From: Psammoneis japonica
Taxonomy: Eukaryota
Direction: 5' to 3'
Assembly: GCA_008632985.1 (NCBI GenBank)
Contig: QPGO01000168.1
Span: 62,001-126,000, forward strand
DNA: 64,000 nt
Position 1 is the stretch's first letter, and each line of letters begins with the position of its first letter. The notes below the pieces were generated by a model. The model worked only from the letters and a program-made list of their open reading frames with translations. It had not been told where the DNA came from and made no database searches. The translations under genes were made by a program, and so were the position numbers. Of this stretch, positions 1 to 11,200 are shown piece after piece.

Positions 1-1780
1 CCCAGACGATGGTTGCACTGTTGAACAGTGACACTGCTCTCATTGTTGCCGTGCAAAGATCAAGATGTCGTCTCCAGCACCACCGGCAAAGAAGAGAAAG
101 AAAAATGAGACTGTTGAGCCAATGAGCCCGATGCTTCAGGCAGTGTTGAAGAGAACAGGCACGCAGGCAGCGCATGGTGCATTGAAATCAGAAGCAGAGA
201 AGGTGGCTAGAAATGATCTCTTTCCACAGGTGAAGTTTCTCAGTCCATCAGAATTGGCAAGCAATGGGAGCGTCTCAATGTTTGTCAAGAAACAGATTGC
301 TGGTGGCAACATGAACACTTCAAATTGGTCAGGAACTTGGGAGGAATGGGCAAAAAAGGTGGCAAAAAGGCAAATTGACAATCGCAGAAACACGGTGTGT
401 TCGGCTGTTGGGGCGGAGGCAATGGCCCGTAAGTCAAGTGACCAATGTGTGTGGTTTGAGAGTTGCGCGCATCTCACAAGAAGATGATGGTGATGCTTTG
501 TCCATGTGGGCATTGTCGCCAAGGAAGAGGGAAAGGAAATCAAGGCGGCAGTCAGGAGGAAAAAGCAAAACAGGAAAAAGTCAAGCCGTGACAAGAATGA
601 AGAGAATGATGTCCCGTTTGTGCCGACATGGGATCCGTTTGGCCTGGACACTGTCACCGGCGGCAAACGAAGGAACAAGCAGGCGTGCAAGTGGTTCTGT
701 GATCACATCCCACCTCAAACCAAGCAAAAGCAGGCATGGAGTCGCACCGTCAAAACTGGGAATGCACAGGTCTCACAGTTGTTTGCGGCAGGTGATGAAG
801 CTTTGGCGCCATTGGCCATGGAGAATTGTTGGCAGGTGTGGGCACACAGGAACAAGGAGGAGACGGTGGAAGAATTGGGTGAGGAAATGGAGCCCGAAGA
901 AACAAGGCCTGCCCCTCGGCACACGAAGCCAAAGAAACAACGAGAGTCTTGGGGAGACGACGGAATCATTCGGTTCAACGATTTGTGCACAGAGGTGACG
1001 AAAGACAGAGACTCCAAGGAGGGCAAGGAGTTTGAAAAGTGGCATGCGGAGATCAAGAAAAGCGAGTGCGAGAAGTCCGGAGAAGCAAAAAAGAAGAAGA
1101 AGATGGCACCGACCGGTGATGCGGAGAAGGTGAAGGCAATGAACAGCCCAGTGGTGGAGAGCAGCAGGGACGACAATGGTGATGACGATGAGCAGGAGGA
1201 AGGCACAAAAGGAAAAACAAACAACTGAGGAGACAAATCTGATGAAGACGAGTCCAATGAAAATGAGTCCGATGATGATTGTTGGCTCAGTTTGAGAGAG
1301 TTGCAGCAAGAAAATGTGCACACAGTTGGCACAGCACTCGGTCATTGCACTGCAGATGCAACAAGGAATTGACTTGACCGATGAAATGTTTTTCTCGTTT
1401 AAAATGATGTTTGCAAAAATTGACAAACCAAGGTTTGTGTGGCAATGCAATGACGCATTGGCACATGGCAACAAGGTGGAGGCAGAAATGGTGATGTGGA
1501 CACAGTGAAAAACAGCGCACACAATTCTTGGCAAGTTGTTGCGGCGTTGGTGCACCAAACTTGCAACCAGAGGTTGGCCTGTCATCATGTGACAACAACA
1601 TTTTGCAACATTTTAACAAATTGTCATCACGCAAATCCACACATTTTTGACATTTCGTGCACTCTGATGCGTGTCTTTGTGGCGACTGCATTTGGTGCGT
1701 TTGGCTGGCGGCGACTCAGTTTCTGTGCCTGCGGGGTTTTGAGTGTGTGTCTTCGTTCGAAAAGTGATGCCATGGATTCG
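1..1780. other. TpA-depleted (TG/CA-enriched) repeat/relic domain 1
   Basis: Only a handful of TA dinucleotides in about 1.8 kb (e.g. gtaagt at ~428, tttaaa at ~1398); TA resumes abruptly from ~1790. Boundaries are estimated by eye. Confidence 0.85.
65..1290 (+). pseudogene. Degenerate charged-protein gene, probably transposon-associated, function unknown
   Basis: ORFs 65-487 and 506-1228 read as natural Lys/Glu-rich protein (WGDDGIIRFNDLCTEVTKDR) but contain no Tyr. Possible intron donor gtaagt at ~428. The acidic reading continues past TGA at 1226-1228. Confidence 0.4.
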
Positions 1781-2250
1781 GGTGAAGTCTAAAGAAACAA
1801 TTAAGGTGTAGAAATGTGGCACAAACCTACAGCACGACACATGTGTCATCTACCGGCATATGCTGAGGTCAAGAAAACAAAAGAAGAAATGGCGACATAT
1901 TTTTCTCCTATGTGGCAAAACATAGAAATGTGTGACAATAATTGTTTAGATTTAAAGGGCTAAAAGGCGGACGTTGGAGTTGCTCGACAATGTTTAAGTA
2001 GCTAAAAATGTCACTTATTTTAAATAAAATACATAAAAAGTAAAAAGTGACTCTGTTGTAGTTAATTGTAGCACGCAAAGCAGTCTTTCTGCCAACATTT
2101 TGAGCACGCCAGGCAGCATGTTGCAAAAATCTGTTAAGATCGAAAGATGGATCGGACACACAAGATATCGTATAGCACTCACAGTCGCAAAAACCGTCGT
2201 CTGTTTCACCTCTTGACTCTATTCTCTCCTGTACCGTGCTGTTATTCACG

Positions 2251-2990
2251 ATGCTATTCAACGTCAAAACGCTTCTCCTAGCCACGGTGTTGCCTCTGGT
2301 TTCTTGCACTTACGAGAAGATAGAAAAGGCTTCAAAATACGTAAGATGCTGAAACAGCAGATTCGTTTCGTTGTTGGTTTTTGCACACTCATACGTTTTA
2401 AATCTCACGCTTTACAACGACAGGTTGCTTACCTTGGTCCTTATGGAAGGTTCAAGATGACCATTACGCCAGATGACAGCAAGATGAACTGGAAAGTTCG
2501 CCTCCAGAACATTGACAAGCTTGCAAAAATCTTGGGAGATGAGCCATACGATGAGCTGAACTACCACCTTCATCAGTCGTGGACAAACACGAAAAAAAAC
2601 TGGGCGATTGGAGGCGATGGTTGTGGTCCTGAAGTTTGTGGTGGTCACTACGATCCGTACTTTGGTTGCGGCCCGGCAAGCGGACAACCCTTCGAGTTCT
2701 GCGAGGCAATTGGGAAAGCGAGGGACCCAGTTCGCTACAACTGTTCGGATGCTTACGCCATTCAAGAGTACGACATGTGCGAGGTTGGAGACTTGTCAGG
2801 AAAGTATGGACCGGTGCCGATTAAGTACAATGGAAAAGGCCGTGACAATGTCGTTGGCGATCCTCTTCCAGCTCTTGACTACCAATTCGCGAGCGGAACA
2901 ATGGCGAATCCTCCCAATGAGTTTGCTTCCATTCTCTTTCACTTTGGGTCTCCCCGTAAGCTCTGCGCCCGTCTCTTTAAGGTCGCCTAA
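2251..2990 (+). CDS. Secreted Cu/Zn superoxide dismutase-like domain protein (2 exons: 2251-2340, 2424-2990)
   Basis: ATG at 2251 gives signal-peptide-like MLFNVKTLLLATVLPLVSC. GTAAG...CAG intron 2341-2423 joins in frame to ORF 2304-2990. Motifs YHLH, GGHYDP and CEVGDLSGKYG resemble Cu/Zn-SOD-fold (Cu-only SOD-like) proteins. Confidence 0.75.
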
Positions 2991-5117
2991 ATGCTTTTTC
3001 CTGGCAAGGATGGATGGCGAAGATGTCCAGTCTCCGCCTGTAGAACCCCTTTCTCGCGTTGGGCAGAGTCTGCTAGACCATTGGTGTTGGAGATACAGAG
3101 TAATTATTTTATTAAGCAAAAAGTAATCCTACGGAGCACAGAACAAATCACTTTGGCTTCCTTGTTAGCTGGATTGTGACAAGAATAAGTTGCTCATTGC
3201 GCTTGACACGTGATTGAATAACCGAGAATGCACAGTGGTTTAACCCGTCTAGTTCGCAACGGCTCTTTCGACCACATCAGCACAGAAACAGAGCTCTTGC
3301 AAGACTGTGTTGGTTTTCAAGGCTTCCATTGCAACTGTGGAACTTGACAAATTGGATTTTCGTGATTGATGTGCTGACCCATGGTCAGCCACAGTTTGAG
3401 CAGGCTTTGTGGGTTTTCTTGGACAATTGTTCGGCTTTCTTTCTTTTCATGATGGCAAGTGAGTTGAGTGGATCTGTGAAACTGCACCTGGTTGTCTCAC
3501 TTCTTTGCTTCTCCATTTTCAAAAGGTGTCTCCTTTGTGACTTGTGATCTTGCTTTTGCAGCATTTTTGTGCATGATCGCATGTTGGGAAAGAATTGTGG
3601 CTGCCTCCTTTTGCTTGGGCTGTTTTGCTGGGGGGGACTTGATGTCCAGCATGGTGCTTTCTCTTGCACTCAAGGATCTGCTGCTTGTGGCAGCAATTGT
3701 GGTCCATGCAGGAATGAGGGCCAAGCAATTGGGCAGGTGGAAAGCTTGGGTGTTCTGGTGCAAATTGTGAGACTTTTTCACATGGAACACATGCACACAT
3801 GATGGCAAGATGTGCGGAACTTGAGTCCTCACATGGGCTCAATCACACTCAGTGCTGCGCAGATCCTGTGCAGCCCCCCTTTGCACAATGCACATCAGCT
3901 CTGTGATGACCAGCAGCAGCAGTGTGGCTTGGTTGTGCAAAGCTTTTGCAACAACCAGCTGCACCAGGCTTGCACTGGGAGTCATGTTTTCGGAGCAATG
4001 TGCTTGTGCACAATTGGCTGTCATTTGTGGGCAGCCTGCAGAGACACATGAAGGTGGTGCCACACATGCTGCTGCAGGGATGGCGCCTGCTGTGGGCCCA
4101 ATGTCACAAAATCAAAGGCTTTGCCAGGGTTGACAGGATTGACTCTCTTGGGCCCAGCCAGCCAGCTTTGTCAGCACAGCCACTCCTGGAGTGTGCTTTT
4201 CTTGCACCACCAGCACTTTTTGCGTGCCATTGCAGCCCAGTGTTGCAAAGCCCTGTCCAGAGCAGGAGTGCATTGTGGATGACATTTTGGTGTCCAAGAC
4301 AAGCACGTGGTGCAGGATCTCCTGTGAATTGTTGCAAGTTGTTGCAAACCTGCTTTTTGATTTTGCTCACTTGCTCACCTTAAAAAAAAGGATCCACGAG
4401 TTGTCATGAAAGTGGCTTCTGATGGATTGCTTCAGAAGTCAAAATGTGCACAATTTTTGCAATCAACAAAAACACACAAAATCGACAACAAGGGGGGGGG
4501 GGGGGGCAGAGTCCACGTTCACACACCACACTGGACAAAAATTGCACAGTTTTTGGCTTGGATCATCACAGCTTCTGTTGCAATCTGGCGCACCACCCAG
4601 AGGGAGCTTGGTGTCACACCATTGGCCCCAACAAGCACTGGGAATGTTGCAATGTCCCAACCTGCAGAACCAGATTTGTGAGCATCTGTGAGTGTGTGCG
4701 CAGGATGCATTTTGCTCTTTCTCTGATGCCCCTCTCTTTCTCACCAATTTTGTCCACTGCTCACTCTGCAGTCCAACGGAACTGTCATCAGGGATGGCAC
4801 CTGCCACCCCTCACAAGTTGATGGAGGAGAAACAACACTGCAATTCTCAGGAAGACATGGAACGAACTAAGCTGCGATGTTTTCCTGGCGGGAGTTCTGT
4901 TCATTCACAGCTTGGGTGGGGCTCTTCTCCTGCCAAATTCAAGCCAAACATCCCTTTTGAGCTGGAAAACAGTTGCGCCATTGGGGGGTGCATTGGCTTT
5001 TTCTTCCAACAAGGATCCAAAACAAAGTGGTTGATGTCACAACTTTGACAAACTGCTGTGGTGGGGCTGGAGCTTTGTTGACACGTTCCAGCCCTAGGTG
5101 GGAGCTCGTGGTGCTGA

Positions 5118-5448
5118 CGTGTGACACAAATAATTTTTATCATCCGTCGTATGTTTCGCACGTACATTTCTACGTGTGATATTTAAAAAAAATTGTCCAG
5201 ACTTGCTGTTTTGCGAAGCCCCAGACGTTTTACATGACGCATTTATAGAAACAATGATGCGCCAGTTACATTCTTCAATGTCTGAAGAATGTAACTGGCT
5301 AAGTAAAAATCGATGTACTTCAATCATGTGCGAGTTTGTGCGTTCGCAAAATTGCCTCATTTTCTGTTGGCGAACATTGACATTCTAATTACCGTATAAT
5401 TTTACTACGGAGCTCGCACGTAGAATTCTACGGGCCCAATGTCACACG
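5118..5448. mobile_element. Putative MITE-like insertion with 9-bp terminal inverted repeats
   Basis: cgtgtgaca (5118-5126) and tgtcacacg (5440-5448) bracket a TA- and CG-rich island. Internal inverted pair ttctacgtg / cacgtagaa. No clear TSD. Confidence 0.35.
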
Positions 5449-6351
5449 GATTCCCACCTACGTCTGGAACGCGTCTGTTGCGTGGGACATCTCAGCACCT
5501 TGCCATTGGCTGTTCTTCTCATTCTCTTTGAAAAATGGTGAAATCAACTGATGGGTGTTGTCAAATGCCCTGCACCAAGCATCTGATGCTGTCAACCCAA
5601 GAGAGAGCACAGGCAGCCAACCCAGCCAGCAGCAACAATGCAATGCTGTCACCTCAGCTCCCTGTGCCTCTCCGCAACCAAGATGTCCCAACAGGTGCTG
5701 CAAGTGTGGCCTCAGGCATCCCAAGCAGCACCACTTCAGAGGTGCCACCAGCAAAGACAAAATTTGTGGCAACACGACAAAAGCTGACAAATTTGTCCAT
5801 GAAAAAATGGACCCCCTGCTGTGCAAGTGTGTGCCGGAAGCTGTGGACAGTGTGTCTCTGTGCAGGATCAGCCACACCACACACCATGTTTGACATCATG
5901 ATTTTTTGTTTTGGTGGTGGCTGAAAAGTGTGCTCATTCCTTTTGATCTGTCTGGGATCTGCCCATGCCACAGGAGTGCACTGCACTGGCTGGAGCCAAA
6001 TTTGAGATCACAGCTTTGCCTTGATGGCTAAAAAGGGCTCTCACATGGTGCCCTTTGGTCTGTCCCAGATCTCCCTGTGCACACCATCAAAGAAGTGTGC
6101 TGTGCCACACACAAACTCAAGAGACATGTTGGCTCATGTTTTCAGCCCCAAGCCTTGTTTGTAAAATTGACTTTTCTCTCTCTCTGGTGAGATTTGCACA
6201 AAATGTGCAATGACAAAGCACAGCACACTTCTTTGCTGTTTTGCAAAGCTGGCAAAGTTTCATTTGATCACACATCTGCTGAGAGCTGTTGAGACAGGCC
6301 ATTGATTTGTTTTGTCTGATGATTTTGCTGCACCTGGGGCTGGAATGTGTC

Positions 6352-6435
6352 AACAATGACAACAACAACAATGACAACAATGACAACAACAACAACAACA
6401 ACAATGACAACAACGACAACAACAACAACAACAAC
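6352..6435 (+). repeat. Imperfect (AAC)n microsatellite with AATGAC interruptions
   Basis: aacaatgacaacaacaacaatgacaacaatgacaacaacaac... is seen directly. Confidence 0.9.
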
Positions 6436-8206
6436 TCCAAAAACAAACCCACCCATCTTGTGTGTGGCACCAGCAGTGCTCCTCTCAACAAAGTTGTGCC
6501 CAAAAACAGTCTGCTGTGCTGAAAGAGAAGCGTTGGCTCCCAACTCATGTTTGGTCACTCTTGCTTGTGAGAAATTTTATTTCAAAACCAGGAGGCCAAG
6601 AAGAATGTGCACAACTTCTTCTGCAAGCAAGTGACAAAATGGGTGTTTTTGCACATGTGTGCACGAGCTGAAGAAGAAATGATTGATTTGTTGTGTGCAA
6701 CTTTAGATCTCACTGCGCAGAAAGACCAAGTGTGAAAGTGAGACTTCAGTGTGACCAAAATGGTCCACTTTTGCTGAATCTTTGCATTTTGGTTGGGTGG
6801 CTTGGCAAACAAACAAAAAAATTGCTGGCGCATGCTCACCGCAAGCTCTTCAATGAGTGTGCAGACTTTTGTCCTCAACTTTACAAAATCATTGATTTTG
6901 CAGTGACACGATGCATCTCTTTTGCACACCAAAACTTTGGAGCATTGTGTGCACACACATGCACACACACACACAGCTCTTCTGTGTGCACTGGCGCTGA
7001 GAGCGCAGGAGCTCCTGTGTGACAAAATGGCGCCAACTCACAAAAAGGAAGGATGCACGGCTCTCATGTTTAAAAAAAAACACTGTCAAGCATGCAACCT
7101 CGGGTGTGCTCTCAACAGCTGTCAAGAAACTTTCAACAAGCATGCAACCTTGTGCTGGGGCACACTCTCAAAACAGCTGTCAACAAATTGCAAACAAAGC
7201 GGCACATGACAAAAAGAGAGATCTTTTTTTTTGCACTGGCAAATGCTGCCTGCCATGCATTTGACAGCAAGATGCTGCATGGCAAGAGAGACAGTGGTGT
7301 GTGTGCATTGTGAGAAACGAGCTTCCGCGCAGCAGCAGCTAAAAAAAATTGCCCTGCTTTGTCTTGTGTGTGCTTTTACTCTGCCCCAGCAAGTGTGTTC
7401 TTTTGGGCCACCAAAGTGCCAAGTCAAAAACTGTGAGGGCTGGTGGCTGCTCTCATGTGAGTGTGTGTGTGCAAGAGACACAACACACCTTGGTGCACAG
7501 CTTGCGCCTGCAGGAGCAGAGAGTTGGCACAGCCAGCACCACACCACAACAGAAAAATGCTTTTGCCTTTTTCCACAGAGAGAGGAGAGCACCATGCGCA
7601 TTGTCTTTTTTTCTTTTCTTTTTTTTCTTTTATGCAACAAGAGTCATTCACAACCTTGCACACACAAAATGCATCATGTTTCCACAAAACAGGTCAAACA
7701 CACACAACACAACAACAAGGCACGCGCATTGCAAGACTGGCAGCACACATTTTTTTTTCAAAAAAAGCACAAGCTGGCATGGTGCATAAGGTGTTTCGGG
7801 TCAGTCATTGTACAGACATTTTCGTTTATCATGTAGGCCTTAAACGCTATAAATTTGAATGATGTATAAGTCATTGTGAAATGGACATTTTCGAATTTTT
7901 TCCATGTCGCATCTAGAAAGGAACATTCAAACTATTCATGATTGAATGTTGTGGATACATTTCCCTCCAAAAAATTCACTGGCGCGCATCAATCTCGCGA
8001 GTGCGTGTGGGGGAACACCGAGAAAACAACATGGGAACGCGTTGTACCTCGCATCGCGTTACTGCTGCTGCTGACGACGACTGTATTTTATTAGGTCCAG
8101 CAAGCGACACTGCAGACAAAAACAAAACGCGATATATAGAATAGAGAGAGAGTCAAGTGTGTTTGTGTGAAAAATTGCAAAGTCAAAACTAAATAAATCA
8201 ATCATC

Positions 8207-11200
8207 ATGAAGGCCAAAGAATGCATTTGTGGTCGAGGAGACGAATGCAATGGTGTCAGTGCCGCGTTTTACATTCTCGATGATGCCCGATCGGGTTATA
8301 TGCAAGTACCGGCGTATTGTACGGAGAAGAGGATACGTTGGATATCGAAACGAATCAATTACGTCATGTCCTTTTGCGTCAATTGATTCCCTTTCATCAA
8401 TTAAACAAAATCCATTCCTCAAAAGAAGAAAATCACCCGCTTTACATTGCCAATCATCATTTTCATCCCAAATTGGTGGCAGCCTGTAGCAAGGGATTAA
8501 AGTGCACCTTTCCCATTGCATTGACAAGAGATGAAATATTGTCCAAACTCAAAAATGTCAAGGAATCCGATATCAAACTCTTGACACAAGAACCCGTATT
8601 GGATCCCAAGTCTGGCAAACCCACGGGTGAATATTATGTCGTACCCAATTATAGTTTTCAAAAGGTCACCAAACAATTGAAACGTGAAGCGAAACGAAAA
8701 AAACCAAATCTTAAACACAAAAAGAAAAAAGAGGAAGATGAAGAATTGATTGGAATGGTGGTTTCGGTAGTTGTCGAGCACAATACCAAACCATCCTCCG
8801 AGGCGGTTTTGCAACAAAACAACAACAATAGCAAGAAGGATGATGATGATTGTAATGACAAACTTGCGGTACCACTTGCCCAACCAACTGCTGCTCTTCC
8901 TCCTCCAACTACTGCTCTTCCTCCTCCAATTCCCGATAAGGAGACGAAACGAAAACGAAAAAAGAGCAAGTCGCCCAAACGAGACCGACAACGAGTGGAT
9001 AATAATGACAAGAAGAACGTGTACACAATTCCTGCTGCTCATGATGAGCCACTTCAAGGCATTCTTCAAAAAAAATCCAAACGAAAAACCAAAACCAAAA
9101 CTCGAATGCGTCATCATGAAGAGGACGAGGAAGGAAGCCAACAACAACACAGTCAAGAGGAGGACGAAGAAGAGATTGCCCCGTGGATACCCAAAAGTGT
9201 ACGAGTAGTAGTACCAAGGGAGGATTCCGGCATGAATCTCTTCAAATCGTGTTTAATGGGATCCAAAGCAGCAGCCGCAGCTGCTAGACATGATGATGAT
9301 TCAGATGACGATGATGATACTCTTGGAGCGAAACTCGAAAAACAAGCAAAACGTTGGAATGTTGAAATGAAACAACTCAGTTCAGCAGCCTCGGCATGTT
9401 CATCCAGCAAGAGTCATAAAGTACAACGTGCCGTGGCACGACTTCAAGAACAATTGGCACAAATGGAAGTACAACAACAAATGTATCTTTCGGGACAAGA
9501 AGCACAAAAACAAGAATTATTACAATTGATTAAAGGAGTTGCCGCAAACAAAAACAATGCAACAGCCAAAAGGCGTGGAACATCCATTATGACCGCCCAA
9601 ACGGCAGCGTCCTCTTCTACCATTTCGCAAGCCATTCAAAAACGACGACAGCGACAAGGTGCTGCGTCGTCATTGCAGCAACAGCAACCGCTGCAAGAAC
9701 AAGATGACGACGACGATGAATCGAAAACATCCAGTTATCATCCATCCATGGGAGAAAATTTGATGCGTTTACAAGAACAACTTGAGGATATGGAATTGGA
9801 ACAAGAACAATACTTGTCAAATCGTGAAGCACAAAAACGTGAACTCTTGACCTTGATTGAAGGTGTAGAAGAAGAAGAAGAAGAAGAGTCTCTACAACAC
9901 GAGGAAAGCGATCGTGACATGGTTGCAGAGCATAAAGGTGACGAGACGGATAACGTGAATGACTTGTTGTTTGCACAAGAGTTTGGAGAGGAGGAGGATG
10001 CCAAGCGAGAAACGGATGGGATTCGAAAATTTTCCATTCCATCCGTGGATCGTCCTTCTGGACAACAAGTTGCAGCGTATTCGGCAAAAGGCCCACCTGA
10101 ACCGGATTACGAACCTGCCGACCAATGCGGTAGACGTGGCACTGTTCAACAACCAGGAACTGCTAAAACATTTAGAAGCGACAATGTCAAAGGCCAGACG
10201 TTAAAGTCGATTCTGAGAAACAAACCACCAAGACCACCAGAACTACCCCGCGTCGACGCTACAAAAAAGAATGAAAACACGACAAATGTGCTTGCCACCA
10301 AAGTCGATAGAGGAGCCAAAAAGGAAATGGATACCTTGGAGAAGCGTCGAAAATTCAACCAAAAGCTTCACTTGATGGGAAAGCCAGCTCTCCAGCGACC
10401 GTCGACGGACGATCCCTTGAACGAGACGGCGACACCCGAGAGACACGCAACCGTAGATCATGGCACGACTGCTGCGCCACCATCCTCGTCCTTGCAAGCA
10501 TTAGAGCTCCAAAGAAAGTCAACTTTGATGAGACCCAAGGCAGCCGATACGATTGAAAAGCAAAAGGTGTCGTCCTCGTTCACAAGAGCTGCTGCTGCTG
10601 CTGTCGACAAGGATGTTTCGGTTCGTGCCACCCACGGAATCACAAACAAGAAGGAACCCGAACAACGAGCACCCAAGAATGGTTCACTGCAACCGAAACA
10701 GTTTTCAAATAATGTGCGCGAAGAAACGTTATTTCCTTATTCCAATCTCAGATCGGCTCGAACCCATCGGCGTGGGTTGTCCATTAGTGAAAGGGCGCGC
10801 AGAAGTGCTTCAAGACGTTTCGTAGTGGAAGCGTTCAAAAAGGAAAAGTCGAAAAAGTACTCTCACGTCAATTCTTCTTCGACTCCTCCGCCAGGACAAG
10901 ACACAAAGGAAGAACAGCGGGGGTCTAACGTGTCACACAAGGTTTTTGAGCCTAGTGTTATTGCGGTGCAGTCGTTTGGTCGATCCGTTGTGGCGTCATC
11001 ACGGCTGAAACGACAACGACAGTCATTGATTCGTATCCAAAGCCGTGTTCGGGGGATGCTTGTGCGCAAGCAGTTGAGGATTCGTCGTGTATCAGCTCTT
11101 GCTATTCAATCCAATTTCAGAGGTTATCGAGCGAGGTGTCTCGCCTCCCATAGACGGGATATGGCAGATGTGATTTTTGTGCAGTCGTACGCGAGGAGAT

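Larger units (their letters stand above)
3260..7780. other. TpA-depleted repeat/relic domain 2 (interrupted by a TA-retaining island at ~5120-5460)
   Basis: Near absence of TA and low CG, with excess TG/CA; no recognisable intact gene. Confidence 0.85.

Noticed and set aside
3300..7800. Dozens of overlapping Cys/His/Gln-rich ORFs here and in all other depleted domains
   Set aside because: Loss of TA removes TAA/TAG stops and inflates TGY/CAY/CAR codons in all six frames. The ORFs lack Tyr and family motifs.
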